Below are positions 24,775 to 36,185 of a DNA stretch of 64,000 nt, piece by piece. Position numbers and translations under genes: made by a program. Each line of letters starts with the position of its first letter. Positions within the stretch are counted from its first letter, which is position 1. This DNA is from Entomortierella parvispora E1425 (taxonomy: Eukaryota > Fungi > Mortierellomycota): assembly GCA_020891255.1 (NCBI GenBank), contig BQFW01000002.1, forward strand, positions 2,108,001 through 2,172,000, written 5' to 3'. The notes below the pieces were generated by a model, which searched no databases, was not told the DNA's origin, and was given only the letters and a program-made list of their open reading frames with translations.

Positions 24775-24897
24775 TTCCCTGGTAGCCCTCTTAAAACATT
24801 GTATTTTCTGGACCCCATTTGCATTTTCTGTTTTTCATTTCATCATCTCAATAAAAACTTTTCCATCGTATATTTTATACAATACTTCTCGTTATGT

Positions 24898-27800
24898 TTA
24901 ATAGTTGGTCGAAGCCTCAGCAGGAGCAGGCACGGACATAGTCTCCTCCACCTCTTCCATCATGTCCTGTTCTTCGACTTGATCCTTGGTGTGCACCTCA
25001 ACAACAGAGAGTTGCTCAACCCCGGCTTCCTTCATCATTACGAGCTCCTCTTGTTTCTGAGGAACACTCAGCTTGGCTTCAAGATCAAGAATATGGGCGG
25101 CCATAGCCGCATATTCCTCCTTGAGCTCTTCCAACTCGGCCAATTTGTCTTGAGCAGCCTGCTCCGCCTCAATGGCTGCACGAAGCTTCAACGACAATGT
25201 TTCACACTCTGAAGCTATGCTGAACTTGGACTTCTCAAGCCTTTCAATAACTTCCTTACGTTCCAATACCTCGGCCGCCAATTGCTCCTTCTCCTTCAAC
25301 AGCTGATCATGCTCCAAAGTTGTTGTCGAAAATTTTGTCGACAGCTCCGTCTGTTCCTGTGTCAGTTTCGAATGAAGTGCTTCGCAATGCTCGTGTTTAG
25401 TCGAGAGGTCGGTCAGCTGGAGACCCAAAGCCTCCTTCTCAGCGCCGAGTGATTCCTCACGCTCAATGGTCGCTGCGAGAGTCTTTTCCATCTCCTCGAG
25501 ACGTCCCAAGAGTCGGTCGCTTTGAGCCTGGGCCATATCCGAGAACTCTGATGTACGGGCTTGCAACTCCGCGACTTGAGCTTTAGTCTCGGCCTGTTGC
25601 TCGGACATTGTGGCAATCTGGCCATTGGACTCCTTGAGCTCTTTTGCAAGATGGTCCAACTCGGCCTGACGAGCACTCATCTGTTGGGTGTGGGCAGCCT
25701 GCGCCTCACCGAGCTGATCAGCCAAAGTCTGAGCCTCCGCGCGAGCAGTCTTCAGTTCCGATTGTGTACTCGTCAATTTATCTTGGACCTTTTGAAGTTC
25801 CAAGGTTTTAACGGCCAATTCGACCCGACCTGTTCCGTTTTGGTGAGAAAGCTCGGCAGCAGCGGCAGCAGCGGCGGCGGACATAGCAGCAACCTGCTCC
25901 TCATGTTTGACGGAGAGCGTTTGATGCTCCTCCTTCATCTTGACCAATTCGGCACGGACGTGCTCCAATTGCTCCTGCAGCTCTGCATTAACGGACGATT
26001 CTTTGTTTACTGCATGCATAGCCTCCTGAGCAGCGGCTGCACGAACCATTTCAAGCTCCTCCATCAAGGAGTGCTTCTCCCCTTCATAACTCTCACCCAG
26101 ACTCCGCACAGCTTCTTCGGCCTGACCCACACGAGCTGCATACTGCTCCGCCTCCAGCTTAGAGCCTTCGAGCTCACCTTCAAGCGCGCCCATCTCGGCC
26201 TCCAAGAGCTCGATCCGGGCCTCCTTCTTGGACAGACTAGCTTGCGCCTCGTGCAATTGGAATTGAACCTGAGTCAGAAAGCGTGTTCGTTCCTCCTCAC
26301 GTTCTCGAAGAGTATCTTCCTGCTGTCTCAGGGAATCGGATTCAGAGATGAGTTGTTGAAGTTGGAGCTGCAAATCACTGTTCTGAGTGATGAGGTGATC
26401 GCGATGATGCTCGAGTTCTTGAATACGAGTCTCCATCGTGCTCAGTTCTGAGCTATGATCCACACCTTCTTGTGAAGCACACACATGCTCGGCCATGGCC
26501 GCAGCAGCAGCCGACACAGAGGCAGCGGTAACGGCTTGGAGAAGAGACTTTTCATGTTCCCGTTGTACCTTCTTCAACTTCAAAAGCGCGTCTTTTGTGT
26601 TTTCCTTCTCGACGGAGAGCTGGCTCACCAGCGCAGTGTTGGTATAGTTCAACGACTGCACCTTTTCATCGAATCGTTGAGCGCGAGCCTCTGTTCGCTT
26701 GGCTGACTTGACCACTTCAGCATCGGCGTCCATTTGTTTCTCGAGCTCTTGGATCTTGCGGACAAATTGATTCTGACGTGTTTCCAACGCCACCAAAGCG
26801 AGCTCCTTGGCCTTGACCAGTGCTTGAAGGGCTTCCCATTCTTGTGCACTAGGGCCAGTAGCTTTTTCGAGGGCATCGATCACTTTGACCTCCTCTTGGA
26901 CAGGCTCGACAGCATTTGTACCATTTTTGGGAAGGGTTGACTTCCGGGGAGACCTCTCAGGAGTGGAGACTACTATCGCTGAGGATTCAGTCGAAGATAC
27001 AGAGAGCTGGGCCGTATGCTTTCGACTCTGACTCTTGACAAGCTGAAAGTCATCGTGTTCGGAGTGAAGAGGAGGATGCGAGGCAGTCATTTGAGTGATA
27101 ACGGTTTGGCTTCGTGACTGCATAGCTGGAGTGTGCATGGATGAGAAGGAAGAAGGCTCGCGATCGTCAACAGCTTCTTGCGGAGAACTGACCACTTGCT
27201 TAGGCGAGATCTTGCCGGTGCGAAGGGTTTGGGTCGTGACAGCTGCAGCTGCAGCCGTTGAGACTGAAACTGGAGCAGTATTTGCAGGAGCAGCCGTGGA
27301 AGCAGCTTTCTTGCTGGCCTTTTTTTCTCTCTTTGATGTGAGCTTGTTTTGAGCTGCAGTATCGACCTTAGTTTCGTTCTGAACCAATGGAGTTGTATCA
27401 GATTTAACCACCTTGTCAGTTTTGGCAGGCGAAGAAACGGGGGAACTCAAGAGTGAAGCTCCCACGACTTCTGTAGTTACGACTGTGACCGCCACAGCAG
27501 ATGTCGATGCACTAACGCTATTCTTCTTGTTGGCGGCCTTTTTAGGATCCTTCCTGGCAGTCTGAGCCGAGGCTGCACTGACATTGCTATTGTTGCTGTC
27601 GAGGATATCAAATGGGTTCGAGATGGTGATACGCTCATCCACATCCTTCGTAGAATTCTCTGGTTCATCCTTATCAGATGAGCCGTCCCCTTTCTTGGGA
27701 CGCGCAACCAAAACTCTTCATTATTGAAAAAAAAAAAAAAAAAAAAAAAATGCAAAAAGCAGTGAGGCTGTCGTCAGTAACAACATTCAACTACTCCCTG

Positions 27801-28041
27801 GACAGGTACTCTTTCGGGTGACCTCGGGCCGCAGGACTTACTTTTTCTTGGCTTGTTTGTTACTACCCCTCTTGGAAAGCTTTGCCTCTTCCAGTCGCAA
27901 TAGCTCTTGCTGAGCCTGTTCAGCCTGAAGGATACGCTGGGCTTGGTTCTGAGGCTCGATGACATTGGCATACACGTAGTAGGCTCCTGCTCCTGCACCG
28001 GCGGCAACAAAAGTGGCAGTAGTCGGGTTGAGGTATTCCAT
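24898..28041 (-). CDS. N-terminally membrane-anchored long coiled-coil protein (~1005 aa), p180/kinectin-like architecture
   Basis: Exon 1 is 28041-27842 (MEYLNPTTATFVAAGAGAGAYYVYANVIEP...KQAKK). Intron 27841-27716 (GTAAGT, TACTGAC, poly-T, AAG). Exon 2 is 27715-24898, giving 3018 nt in frame. The C-terminal ~650 aa are E/Q/K/A-rich heptads. Confidence 0.8.
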
Positions 28042-28749
28042 GATGCTTTGGATAAGTGCTATTTGACCTGTGAGGAATGTGTTGGAAAGAGTTGTATTGT
28101 CAGTGTTTTCGTCACGGCGGTATCCGTTAAAAAGGTAGTACCGTAACAAACCTCGTGGGATAGGAGATGGGCGAATGATTGGTAGAGGTTTCAATAGAGA
28201 AAGAGAGGAGAACAAAGACAGTGATATGGAAGAGGAGGATAAAGTAAGAAAGGAAGAGGAAGAAAGAGCGGAAAGTGAATCAATCCCTTCTTCTCTCTTC
28301 TCTTCTTTTTTCTTTATCCTTTACCGTTTGCCCTCCAACAAGGGCCCCTCTTTTCGCCCATTCTTCTGTTCATCTGTGGAACGCTGTGTTCCCAGTCAAA
28401 AAGGGGTGGATCCGTGCGAAGGAAGTACAAAGGAGTGAGAATGGAAATTTATTTCACCCTGAGTAAGTCTGAAAGATTGTATGATGCACGGGACACCAAA
28501 GTCCTAAACGACCACATGCTTCAACTGGGTGCTTCCTACTCTTGCTCGGGGGCTACTTGCTTTTGTTTGGGGGCAAGGATCGAGCATGCTCCCTGCTTCC
28601 CATTTTCTTGATCGTAGTGCCGTCCCAGCCCAGCTTTGCAGTCAACTCTGACATTGGCCTCACGCTGCCTTGCAACTATATTGGACTCGCCAGGCTTGGG
28701 CTTTCCTCTCCTCCGAGGCGCTAGCAGTCGATCAGCAATCACGACCACT

Positions 28750-30558
28750 TCAGGATCCTGGCCTCTTTGTACAGCGCGAGCAGAAACCTTTCGTTGCGTT
28801 CTTTGGCGCGGCGGTTAGACAGTCTAAGGTACCGCTGCTCCTCTTTCGTCAACAAGGTCGGGTCATTCGCCCTGAGAGCCTCCACCAGTGCTGGATTGTC
28901 CAATGATTTTCTGATCTTTTGGGATCCGCTATTGCGACTTGCCTAGTTCGCGTTAAGCCCTTTCTTGTCTCTCTTTGGCACACCGGTGTGTAAGCTTTAA
29001 GTACTTTTTCTCTTCCTCTGTCAACATTGCAGGATCCTTTGCCACGAGGGCCTTATTTTTCCTTATAATGTGTCATGTAGGTGCTGGTTGGATCCCTGCA
29101 TCAGTTAAAAAGCCAATACGTATTTCTGATTTGATTAGCTGCTGCCTTGTGGCGATATTTAACATCCTCTGTTCGCCTGAATGTCATCGGCAAACGTTCG
29201 TTCATCTCTTTCGCTTGTCGTTTGTAATATGAGCAATTGGAGATGGGGCAGATGATTTCCATATTTGTCAAGGTGTTGCTCCGAAGTCGCATTCGGAGAT
29301 GTACTGGGTGTGGCTTTTCAATAATACTACTAGGCATTGAAGAGCTGTCGTTGTCGTCGGAAGGTGTATTTCGTTGCGTTAGCTCTGCGCTCTGCTACTG
29401 GAGTATTTGGAGTGTGGGATTTACACAGTCGACCTTGTGGATGTGTCGTCGGTGTCAGAGGTCGGATAGCTTAGTTGTCAGATGTCGGATGAATGTCTAT
29501 ATTCATCCCTGTTGATATCTGAAGAGATAAAGTACCTCCTTTCGAGCGCGCTTCAGATATATTCTGTATAGATGAAGAAGATGAGTGAGTCATTGATCCA
29601 CTCGACGCGTTGACCGTCTTCAAAATTCGAGCCTGTGTCAGATTGATTAAGTGCAGGATCGAATGGGTTGAGCTCTTGATCTGAGTCATCGTCACCGTCG
29701 GCCCCCGAGTCCTGCGAGTCCGATGAACTACCATCCAATAACTGAGATAACTGAGATTCGTAGCACACAATATCCTAAGAGCTCGAGTCCAATTGACTTT
29801 TTAATGCCAGGCCTTTGTTGATAGGAGTTTTTGAGCGATACTCGGGTGCTCGTCGTCTGATGGACTGTCTGGGTTGTCAGACGAGTCAGAGGAGTCAAAA
29901 GAATCAGAGGAGTTCGATCTCAAGTTCACTTGCTCAACTCAATGGTCTGTAGCGTGGATGAGTGCATGGCACGCGGGATGGCAGGGATGTCTGAGAAAGA
30001 CGTGTTCCCAGAGAAGTATGCATTTCTAAGTCAAGAACTGAATGCGATATCGGGTGTTCTTATGGTCTTTCCGTCTACCGCGGCCGGGAAGGCTCCTGGC
30101 CCCTCTGGAATCTTCAAACATTTACACTTGATCAAAATGACATGCCAGACGTGCTCTAGCCATGGTACCTTAATAGTGATGCCATCACCCTCGGACAGAT
30201 AACGTCACTGCTTCAAGGATACCGAAGACATCCTTAACTAGGCAACTGTCATCAAGCTCAAGTAAATCGACAGCAACAAATGGCCGATGGAGGCGTTGTT
30301 CTGTAAGAAAGATACCAGTGAGAATTTCGTTCCTATTGATAGCCATTGAAAGCCGAGTGTACCTCTGAAACCCGCGCTCCCTCTTGAGCCTGCGGAGGTC
30401 GTGCAAGGATTTGCGGCCGTCAACAACAAGGTGAAAACGCGTCTCGGCGCAGCAGACCTAGGTCTGTTCGGGTCAGCGAGGGCCGCGCGCAAGTTCACGA
30501 TGGTATCAATGCGAACTTGCAGACGATGTGACTGCAGGGTCAAAGTGTTAAGGTCCAT
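28750..30558 (-). pseudogene. Probable decayed gene (intact first intron, then frameshifts and stops)
   Basis: Exon MDLNTLTLQSHRLQ (30558-30517), a 59-nt intron GTTCGC...GCTGAC...TAG, and an exon to TGA at 30185. Downstream, protein-like fragments lie in shifting frames interrupted by stops (GDGITIKVPWLEHVW..., acidic SDSSD/DGDDDSDQE tracts, LDNPALVEALRANDP...). Confidence 0.45.
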
Positions 30559-30703
30559 TCGGACAGGAAGAGAAAAGAAGGGCTGGAAGAATTGTTGAAT
30601 GGAAAAGGAGGTCACCATGGGGTAACAAACGGGAACAAATCGCATCGTTCAATCTCACAATCCAATTCATTCAATTCGATTCAATCCAAACCTATTCATC
30701 GCT

Positions 30704-32509
30704 ATGGACCAGTGTCTCGGCATCCCCGAGCTACTGGAACATGTTGCGCAATATCTAGACGCAAGGTCACTGGCTGCTTGCACCGCCGTCTGTTGTTCCT
30801 GGCGCGCACTGTGGACCAGGCTTCTCTATCAGTCGCCCCAGATTAAGGCTGAGGCCCAGCTGGCTCAGTACGGGCATTTTGTCCGAAAGCTCAAGTGGCG
30901 GCCAGTCTCGGGTCGGAGCCTGGATCTTGCGCGAATACACTGCCAGCACCTCCAGAGCGTCCATATTTACAACCAAAGTCACTTCATGAATTGGCGTTCC
31001 TTCTGGACTCATGTTATGGGTCTGGAGCCTCAAGAGGACGCTTTCCTAGCGCAGCAAGGGGAGTCGCCACCAACGGCTGATGCAGTGCATCAATGGCAAC
31101 TTCAGCTTCTGCAGACCTCTCTCTCTCCGGATAGGAACGGGTTTCTGTCGGCGACAGTCCAGTCCTTGCATCTGCAGTGTGCAGGTTCGACAGATGTCTT
31201 GGAGACACTCTTATACACCCGCCTTTTGGCTTTACTCAAAACTCAGGAGGCAGGGCACAATGATCGCGATTTTGTTCTGTCTTCGCTCCAAGATTTAATT
31301 CTGGAAGAAACCTATCATGAGACGTCGAGAACGACACTAAGCTTGTGCGCTTTCTCTGCTCTTTTGATCGCCTTTCCCAACCTGGAGACCATAACGGCCC
31401 CATCCGTCCGCCTATCTTCCGGCACTCCGACATTTCGAGGACATCGAAATATTGAACTAGAAGGGGATATTGACTCAGCCCTGTCGTCGCTTTCAAAGGG
31501 ACGACCGATAGACACCACCAGTACACGCTTGCAGACATTGGCCGTGTCACTGCATGATCCTGAATTGCCGGTTCTTCTCCAACTAATCGAGTGGATCCCC
31601 CATCTCTGTTCACTCACTCTTCGATTGAGCCATGTCTCGTTTGAAATTGCTCGGGTCTTTGTGCACCACTGCCCTCAGCTAAAGACACTAATTTTGCAAT
31701 CCAGAAATCAACACCGCCAACCGACTCTGTCGCCAGCTGTGTGGAGTGTCCCACCCCCTAGTAACACTCACAACCACGACTACGAGAATCTAGGCCTGCA
31801 GTCACTTCAGTCGCTGCGCTTTCAGTGGATGGTCCTTTCTGATGCTGAGCTGGACTATATGACACGAAATGCTCGCCAGCTGCGTGAGCTCGCCTTGATT
31901 TATAAACGGCCACTTCCAGGTAGCTCACCACCCATGCCGACGTTGGAGTTTAGACCTAGCTGGAGGGCAATTCATCAAGTTGTTTCAGTGAATTGCAGGT
32001 TGCTGACAACTTTGAAGATACGATTCACAACCAGTTTACCTGTTGATTTCTTTCGTTTGGTGGAGGTACGTGGTGGTGAACACACTGAGAACAACAGCTC
32101 GACAGGTATGGTTGAGGCTACAACATCGAGATTACTAAAAGTCACTGAATGGCCGTGTGCAAAAACGCTGGAGGTCGTGAACTTGACGGATGTTTGCTTT
32201 CGAAAAGCAGAGGACAGCCGGGTCTTCCAATACAACTTTCGCACTTGGACCAATGTGAAGATCCTGGAGATATTGGGCAAAGGTATCTTGCCAGAAGCGT
32301 TTGTTCAAGATAAAGCCCATGCAGTGGTCTTTCCAAAATTGAGCGGTCTCCATGTCCAGCTGGAGGAGGATCGACAGCTAACTGTTGATCATGCTCAGAC
32401 GCTTCTGGAGACTATGCCTTCCTTGGTAGACCTCGATTTATCGCACGGGCTATCGGCAGAGGCTGAGCGTTGGCTGGCAGAGTCCCGGCCGTCGATCATG
32501 ACCTTTTGA
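30704..32509 (+). CDS. F-box / LRR (RNI-like) protein, 601 aa, single exon
   Basis: N-terminal F-box CLGIPELLEHVAQYLDARSLAACTAVCCSW, followed by degenerate LRRs (FPNLETI, CPQLKTLIL, WPCAKTLEVVNL, MPSLVDLDL). Confidence 0.9.
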   Translation: MDQCLGIPELLEHVAQYLDARSLAACTAVCCSWRALWTRLLYQSPQIKAEAQLAQYGHFVRKLKWRPVSGRSLDLARIHCQHLQSVHIYNQSHFMNWRSFWTHVMGLEPQEDAFLAQQGESPPTADAVHQWQLQLLQTSLSPDRNGFLSATVQSLHLQCAGSTDVLETLLYTRLLALLKTQEAGHNDRDFVLSSLQDLILEETYHETSRTTLSLCAFSALLIAFPNLETITAPSVRLSSGTPTFRGHRNIELEGDIDSALSSLSKGRPIDTTSTRLQTLAVSLHDPELPVLLQLIEWIPHLCSLTLRLSHVSFEIARVFVHHCPQLKTLILQSRNQHRQPTLSPAVWSVPPPSNTHNHDYENLGLQSLQSLRFQWMVLSDAELDYMTRNARQLRELALIYKRPLPGSSPPMPTLEFRPSWRAIHQVVSVNCRLLTTLKIRFTTSLPVDFFRLVEVRGGEHTENNSSTGMVEATTSRLLKVTEWPCAKTLEVVNLTDVCFRKAEDSRVFQYNFRTWTNVKILEILGKGILPEAFVQDKAHAVVFPKLSGLHVQLEEDRQLTVDHAQTLLETMPSLVDLDLSHGLSAEAERWLAESRPSIMTF

Positions 32510-32964
32510 AAGATAGCTGGTTGCACTCCAAGTCAGATCTTTTAGGAGATAACAATCAAATCGCGCAGTCATTTAGCAGTCGGAAGCATAGAAAACCACT
32601 ACATATCTGCACGCCCTTTCCTCCGACAACGGCGACGTTCTCCGCTGGCAGAGACATTCCACGGCTTCTTTCCACTCAGTCATATTCTCACTCGCAGTCA
32701 TCCTGAGTGACGAGAGGCAGGGGGAACGGACCGTCAAAATGGCTGGTTCCAGCCAGCAAGCGCTTCGGAGCATTCGCTCTCTATTTTGATAATTCTGTTT
32801 GGCTGACTCACTCTGCACGAGCCCAAGAATACAAACGATCCTCAACTCTCTTTATCTTCTGTCTTTCTCGCTGCCTCTCTACTCATTCACTATCTTGCTT
32901 TCCTTCTGTCTCATCCACTCCGTTCTCTCTCATTCTTCTTCTGTACCCACTTCGTCTTGTCACC

Positions 32965-35137
32965 ATGCCACCAGCAATGACCGCCTCACCTCTCAGAAGA
33001 TCTCTCCCCCTTCACATGGAGGCTGAAGCTCATGTCCAGGCGAACTACACCTCCGCCACAAACGGACACTCACACGACTTTTCTTCTGCCTTCGGTGATC
33101 ACAAACCATGGCTTGTCCAAAAGTTTGGCGGCACTAGCATTGGCAAGTTTATTGAGACCATCACCGGGACCATTGTCCAGTAAGTACATGCTTCCCCTGT
33201 CCCTCATTCCAACTTCCCCAGCATTGCAAACATGCTTGCAGCAGCAAGTGACCCTTTGATAACGAATCTGCAGGATCTAATCGTGGCCAATAGTGACCCG
33301 ATTGCCCAACGTTCTTTCTCACTTAACCTCTTACTGCGATGAACTGTCTTAGATCATACCTCCCCACAAATCGTGTGGTGGTCGTCTGCTCTGCACGGAG
33401 TAGCGAATCAAAGTCGCAAGGCACCACTAATAGGTATAATCAATTCGGTTCATTTAACCAACAACCGTGGCGGTCAGTCTCACATATTCACTGATATTAT
33501 ACCTTTTGTTTATAGACTGTTGAAGGCGGCGGCCTCGGCACTTGTCCCCGGATCGATCGAGTATGTCGAGACAGTACATGATATTAGAATGGACCATCTC
33601 GATGCAGCACAAAAGCACATATCAGATCCAGATATCCTCAAACGAGTACAGAACGAAGTCAATCAGGATTGCGATCGACTTCGAGCCTTTTTAGAAGCTG
33701 CACAGGTGAGAACATGACTGTGTCTAAATTTTGCGGTGGCCTTTGCGTCAGATGCACTGACACATACACACCTATGATATCCGTTGTGTCCTATAGATTA
33801 TTGAAGAGATCTCGCCTAGATCAAAAGACATCATCATGGCCGTTGGTGAAAAGCTCTCGTGTAGAATTGTAGCTGGTCTTTTGGAGGATCGTGGCGTAGA
33901 AACGCAGTTTGTTAATCTCGAAAATGTGATCGATGCAGTTTTCGATGTCAACTGTCTCGATCAAAACTTTTATGACTATCTGTCTCGCGCCTTTGCAGCC
34001 GCAGTCTCGAAGTGCGGTCACCGTGTTCCTGTTGTCACTGGTAGGTCTCCGCTCCTGGAATCATTTCCTTGAGCATTTCCTTGCATCACCTGTCGCGTGT
34101 GGAGCGGGCAGAAAATTGAATTAGAGTTTGTGGGTCCTGGAAATCCCGAACAAATCTTGAGTCAGCAATTTACATGGGCATTATATTGACATCCATCTTT
34201 TGTCTCCTTGTGATCTTGAACACTCGCAGGTTTCTTTGGCTCTGTTCCTGGCAGTTTGCTCACGAGCATTGGTCGAGGATACACGGATCTGGCAGCAGCG
34301 CTAATTGCTGTTGGCTTGGATGCTGAAGAGCTCCAAGTATGGAAGGAGGTTGACGGTATTTTCACAGCCGATCCACGAAAGGTGAAGGATGCGCGACTAC
34401 TCAACATTATCACGCCGGAGGAAGCATCCGAGTTGACGTACTATGGCTCTGAAGTTATTCATCCTTTCACAATGGAGCAAGTCATTCGAGCCCAGATTCC
34501 CATCCGCATCAAGAACGTAATGAATCCTGTTGGTGCTGGCACCATCATCTTTCCAGACCAGCCCTCTGGTGTGTGTACCCCAAATGGACGGAATACGCCA
34601 CCACCCTCTTCGAAAGTCCTGCTGGAGAATGGTTACCAGCTTGACTTATCACGGCGGCATCCCACCGCAGTAACTATCAAGGACAATGTTTGGGTTCTCA
34701 ACATCCATTCCAACCGCAAATCAGTCTCACATGGGTTCTTTGCCCAAATTTTTGGCACACTTGATCGCTATGGGATTGCAGTTGATTTGATTTCGACCTC
34801 AGAAGTCCACATTTCCATGGCTCTCGGTGCGAATGTCAATGAGTCTGAGATGGAAAAGGCCATGGAGGCATTGAGGTCGATTGGTACTGTGGATGTGATG
34901 AAGGATATGGCCATTCTGTCCCTGGTTGGCAAGCAGATGAAGAACATGGTCGGTATCTCTGGCAGAATGTTCTCAACGTTGGCCAAGGCCAACATTAACA
35001 TTGAGATGATTTCTCAAGGCGCTTCTGAGATTAACATCTCGTGCGTGATTTTGGAGGAGCAAGCTATCCAAGCTATGAATGTAATTCATGGTGAACTCCT
35101 AAGTAACGTAGGCAAGCTGTCAGATCCTGACTATTAA
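32965..35137 (+). CDS. HOM3: Aspartokinase
   Basis: WLVQKFGGTSIGK, VVVVCSARS, GEKLS, VPVVTG|FFG, IGRGYTDLAAAL, WKEVDGIFTADPRKV, ELTYYGSEVIHP and C-terminal ACT domains (ILSLVGKQMKNMVGISGRMF, MISQGASEINISCV). Four GT-AG introns. Confidence 0.97.
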
Positions 35138-35291
35138 GGCGCAAGGCTGGTCCACTCTATCATCCATCATACCACAGTTTGCATTTTAAAATAGACATGT
35201 ATCAGTAAAGATTGTTGTTGTAGATAAGTATGTGCTCCCTTGAAAAAGAACAATATCGCGACTGCTACTACTACCTCTTGACAGCACCACA

Positions 35292-35710
35292 ATGAGTTTC
35301 TCCAGGCTCCCCGAAACTACCAGTTCTCTTCCACTCCTGGATTCCCCAACCATCATAGAGCGCCTCCCGTCAACCCTCTCCGTCTACCCTGACAAAGACA
35401 GGAAAGCCACCACGGTCCAGACCATGGTCATGATGAGGACAGTGGCCATGAGCGTGAAACTGGGGGCGTGATCCGGGCAGATCTTCTCAGGGCGGCGATG
35501 AAGCGACGAGAAGCAGAGCCAAGTGAACTCCATGAAGTCTATGGGGAGGTCTGTGAGGGCAAGAGAGCCTTGGACCCGCCCAAGAATTATGGTTACCAAG
35601 CGCTCCGAGCATGGGTCCACCCGCAGGACCAGCACACGTTTTGTGAACGACTGGAGAAGGCAATTGAAAAGACGGAAAGGTCGCTTGAGGCATTGGAAGA
35701 ACGCCTCTGA
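35292..35710 (+). pseudogene. Small gene split by a 1-nt frameshift (59-aa ORF plus overlapping 80-aa ORF; ~139 aa if fused)
   Basis: The ATG ORF 35292-35471 ends ...CTG GGG GCG TGA. The -1 frame continues GGC GTG ATC to TGA at 35710. The frames meet at the G5 run 35462-35466. Confidence 0.5.
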
Positions 35711-36185
35711 AACAGTTGCTCTTGGGCGTAATCAAATTTGACATTGCAATCTGACACAAACACCGAGTCGGATGCATGTGAAGCTTCCTTTATCTTCAGA
35801 AGTGTTGTTTGGTGGCGCGTGGCAAAAAGCAATAAAAAAGAAATCGACCCAGAAAGGGAAGCAATCTCTTAAGGGCTGTAAAATGTTTCAGTTCCGACCG
35901 GCGGAAACGCCCAATCCCACCGCATCCGAAGACGGGAGCGGAGTTCGCGCCGGGGAGGGCCGCGGGCCACAGTCGTCATTGTCCGAGAAAGGAAATACCT
36001 TGATTTCAAGAATGGCCTGTTTCGTTGGGCGGATGGGGTGTTTGTTCGACAGTGTTCTCTTTCGTCTCCGCTTTATCTATGTTCTCTTTTCGCTTGTTTT
36101 TTCGTTTTTTCTTTCTTTCTTTCCTTCACTATCACCTTTTATCTTTTCACGCATCTCCTCTCCAAGAACGCGCTCGTAATCCAAG

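Noticed and set aside
25561-26451. 296-aa Leu-rich + strand ORF (also 23013-23768, 24147-24824, 62273-62890 and similar)
   Set aside because: These are antisense shadows of real genes with biased codon usage and show no independent motifs.
35387-35392. CCC TGA, the +1 frameshift site used by some fungal ornithine decarboxylase antizymes
   Set aside because: It is not in the frame of the ATG ORF, the +1 product ends after about 26 codons, and neither ORF looks like an antizyme.
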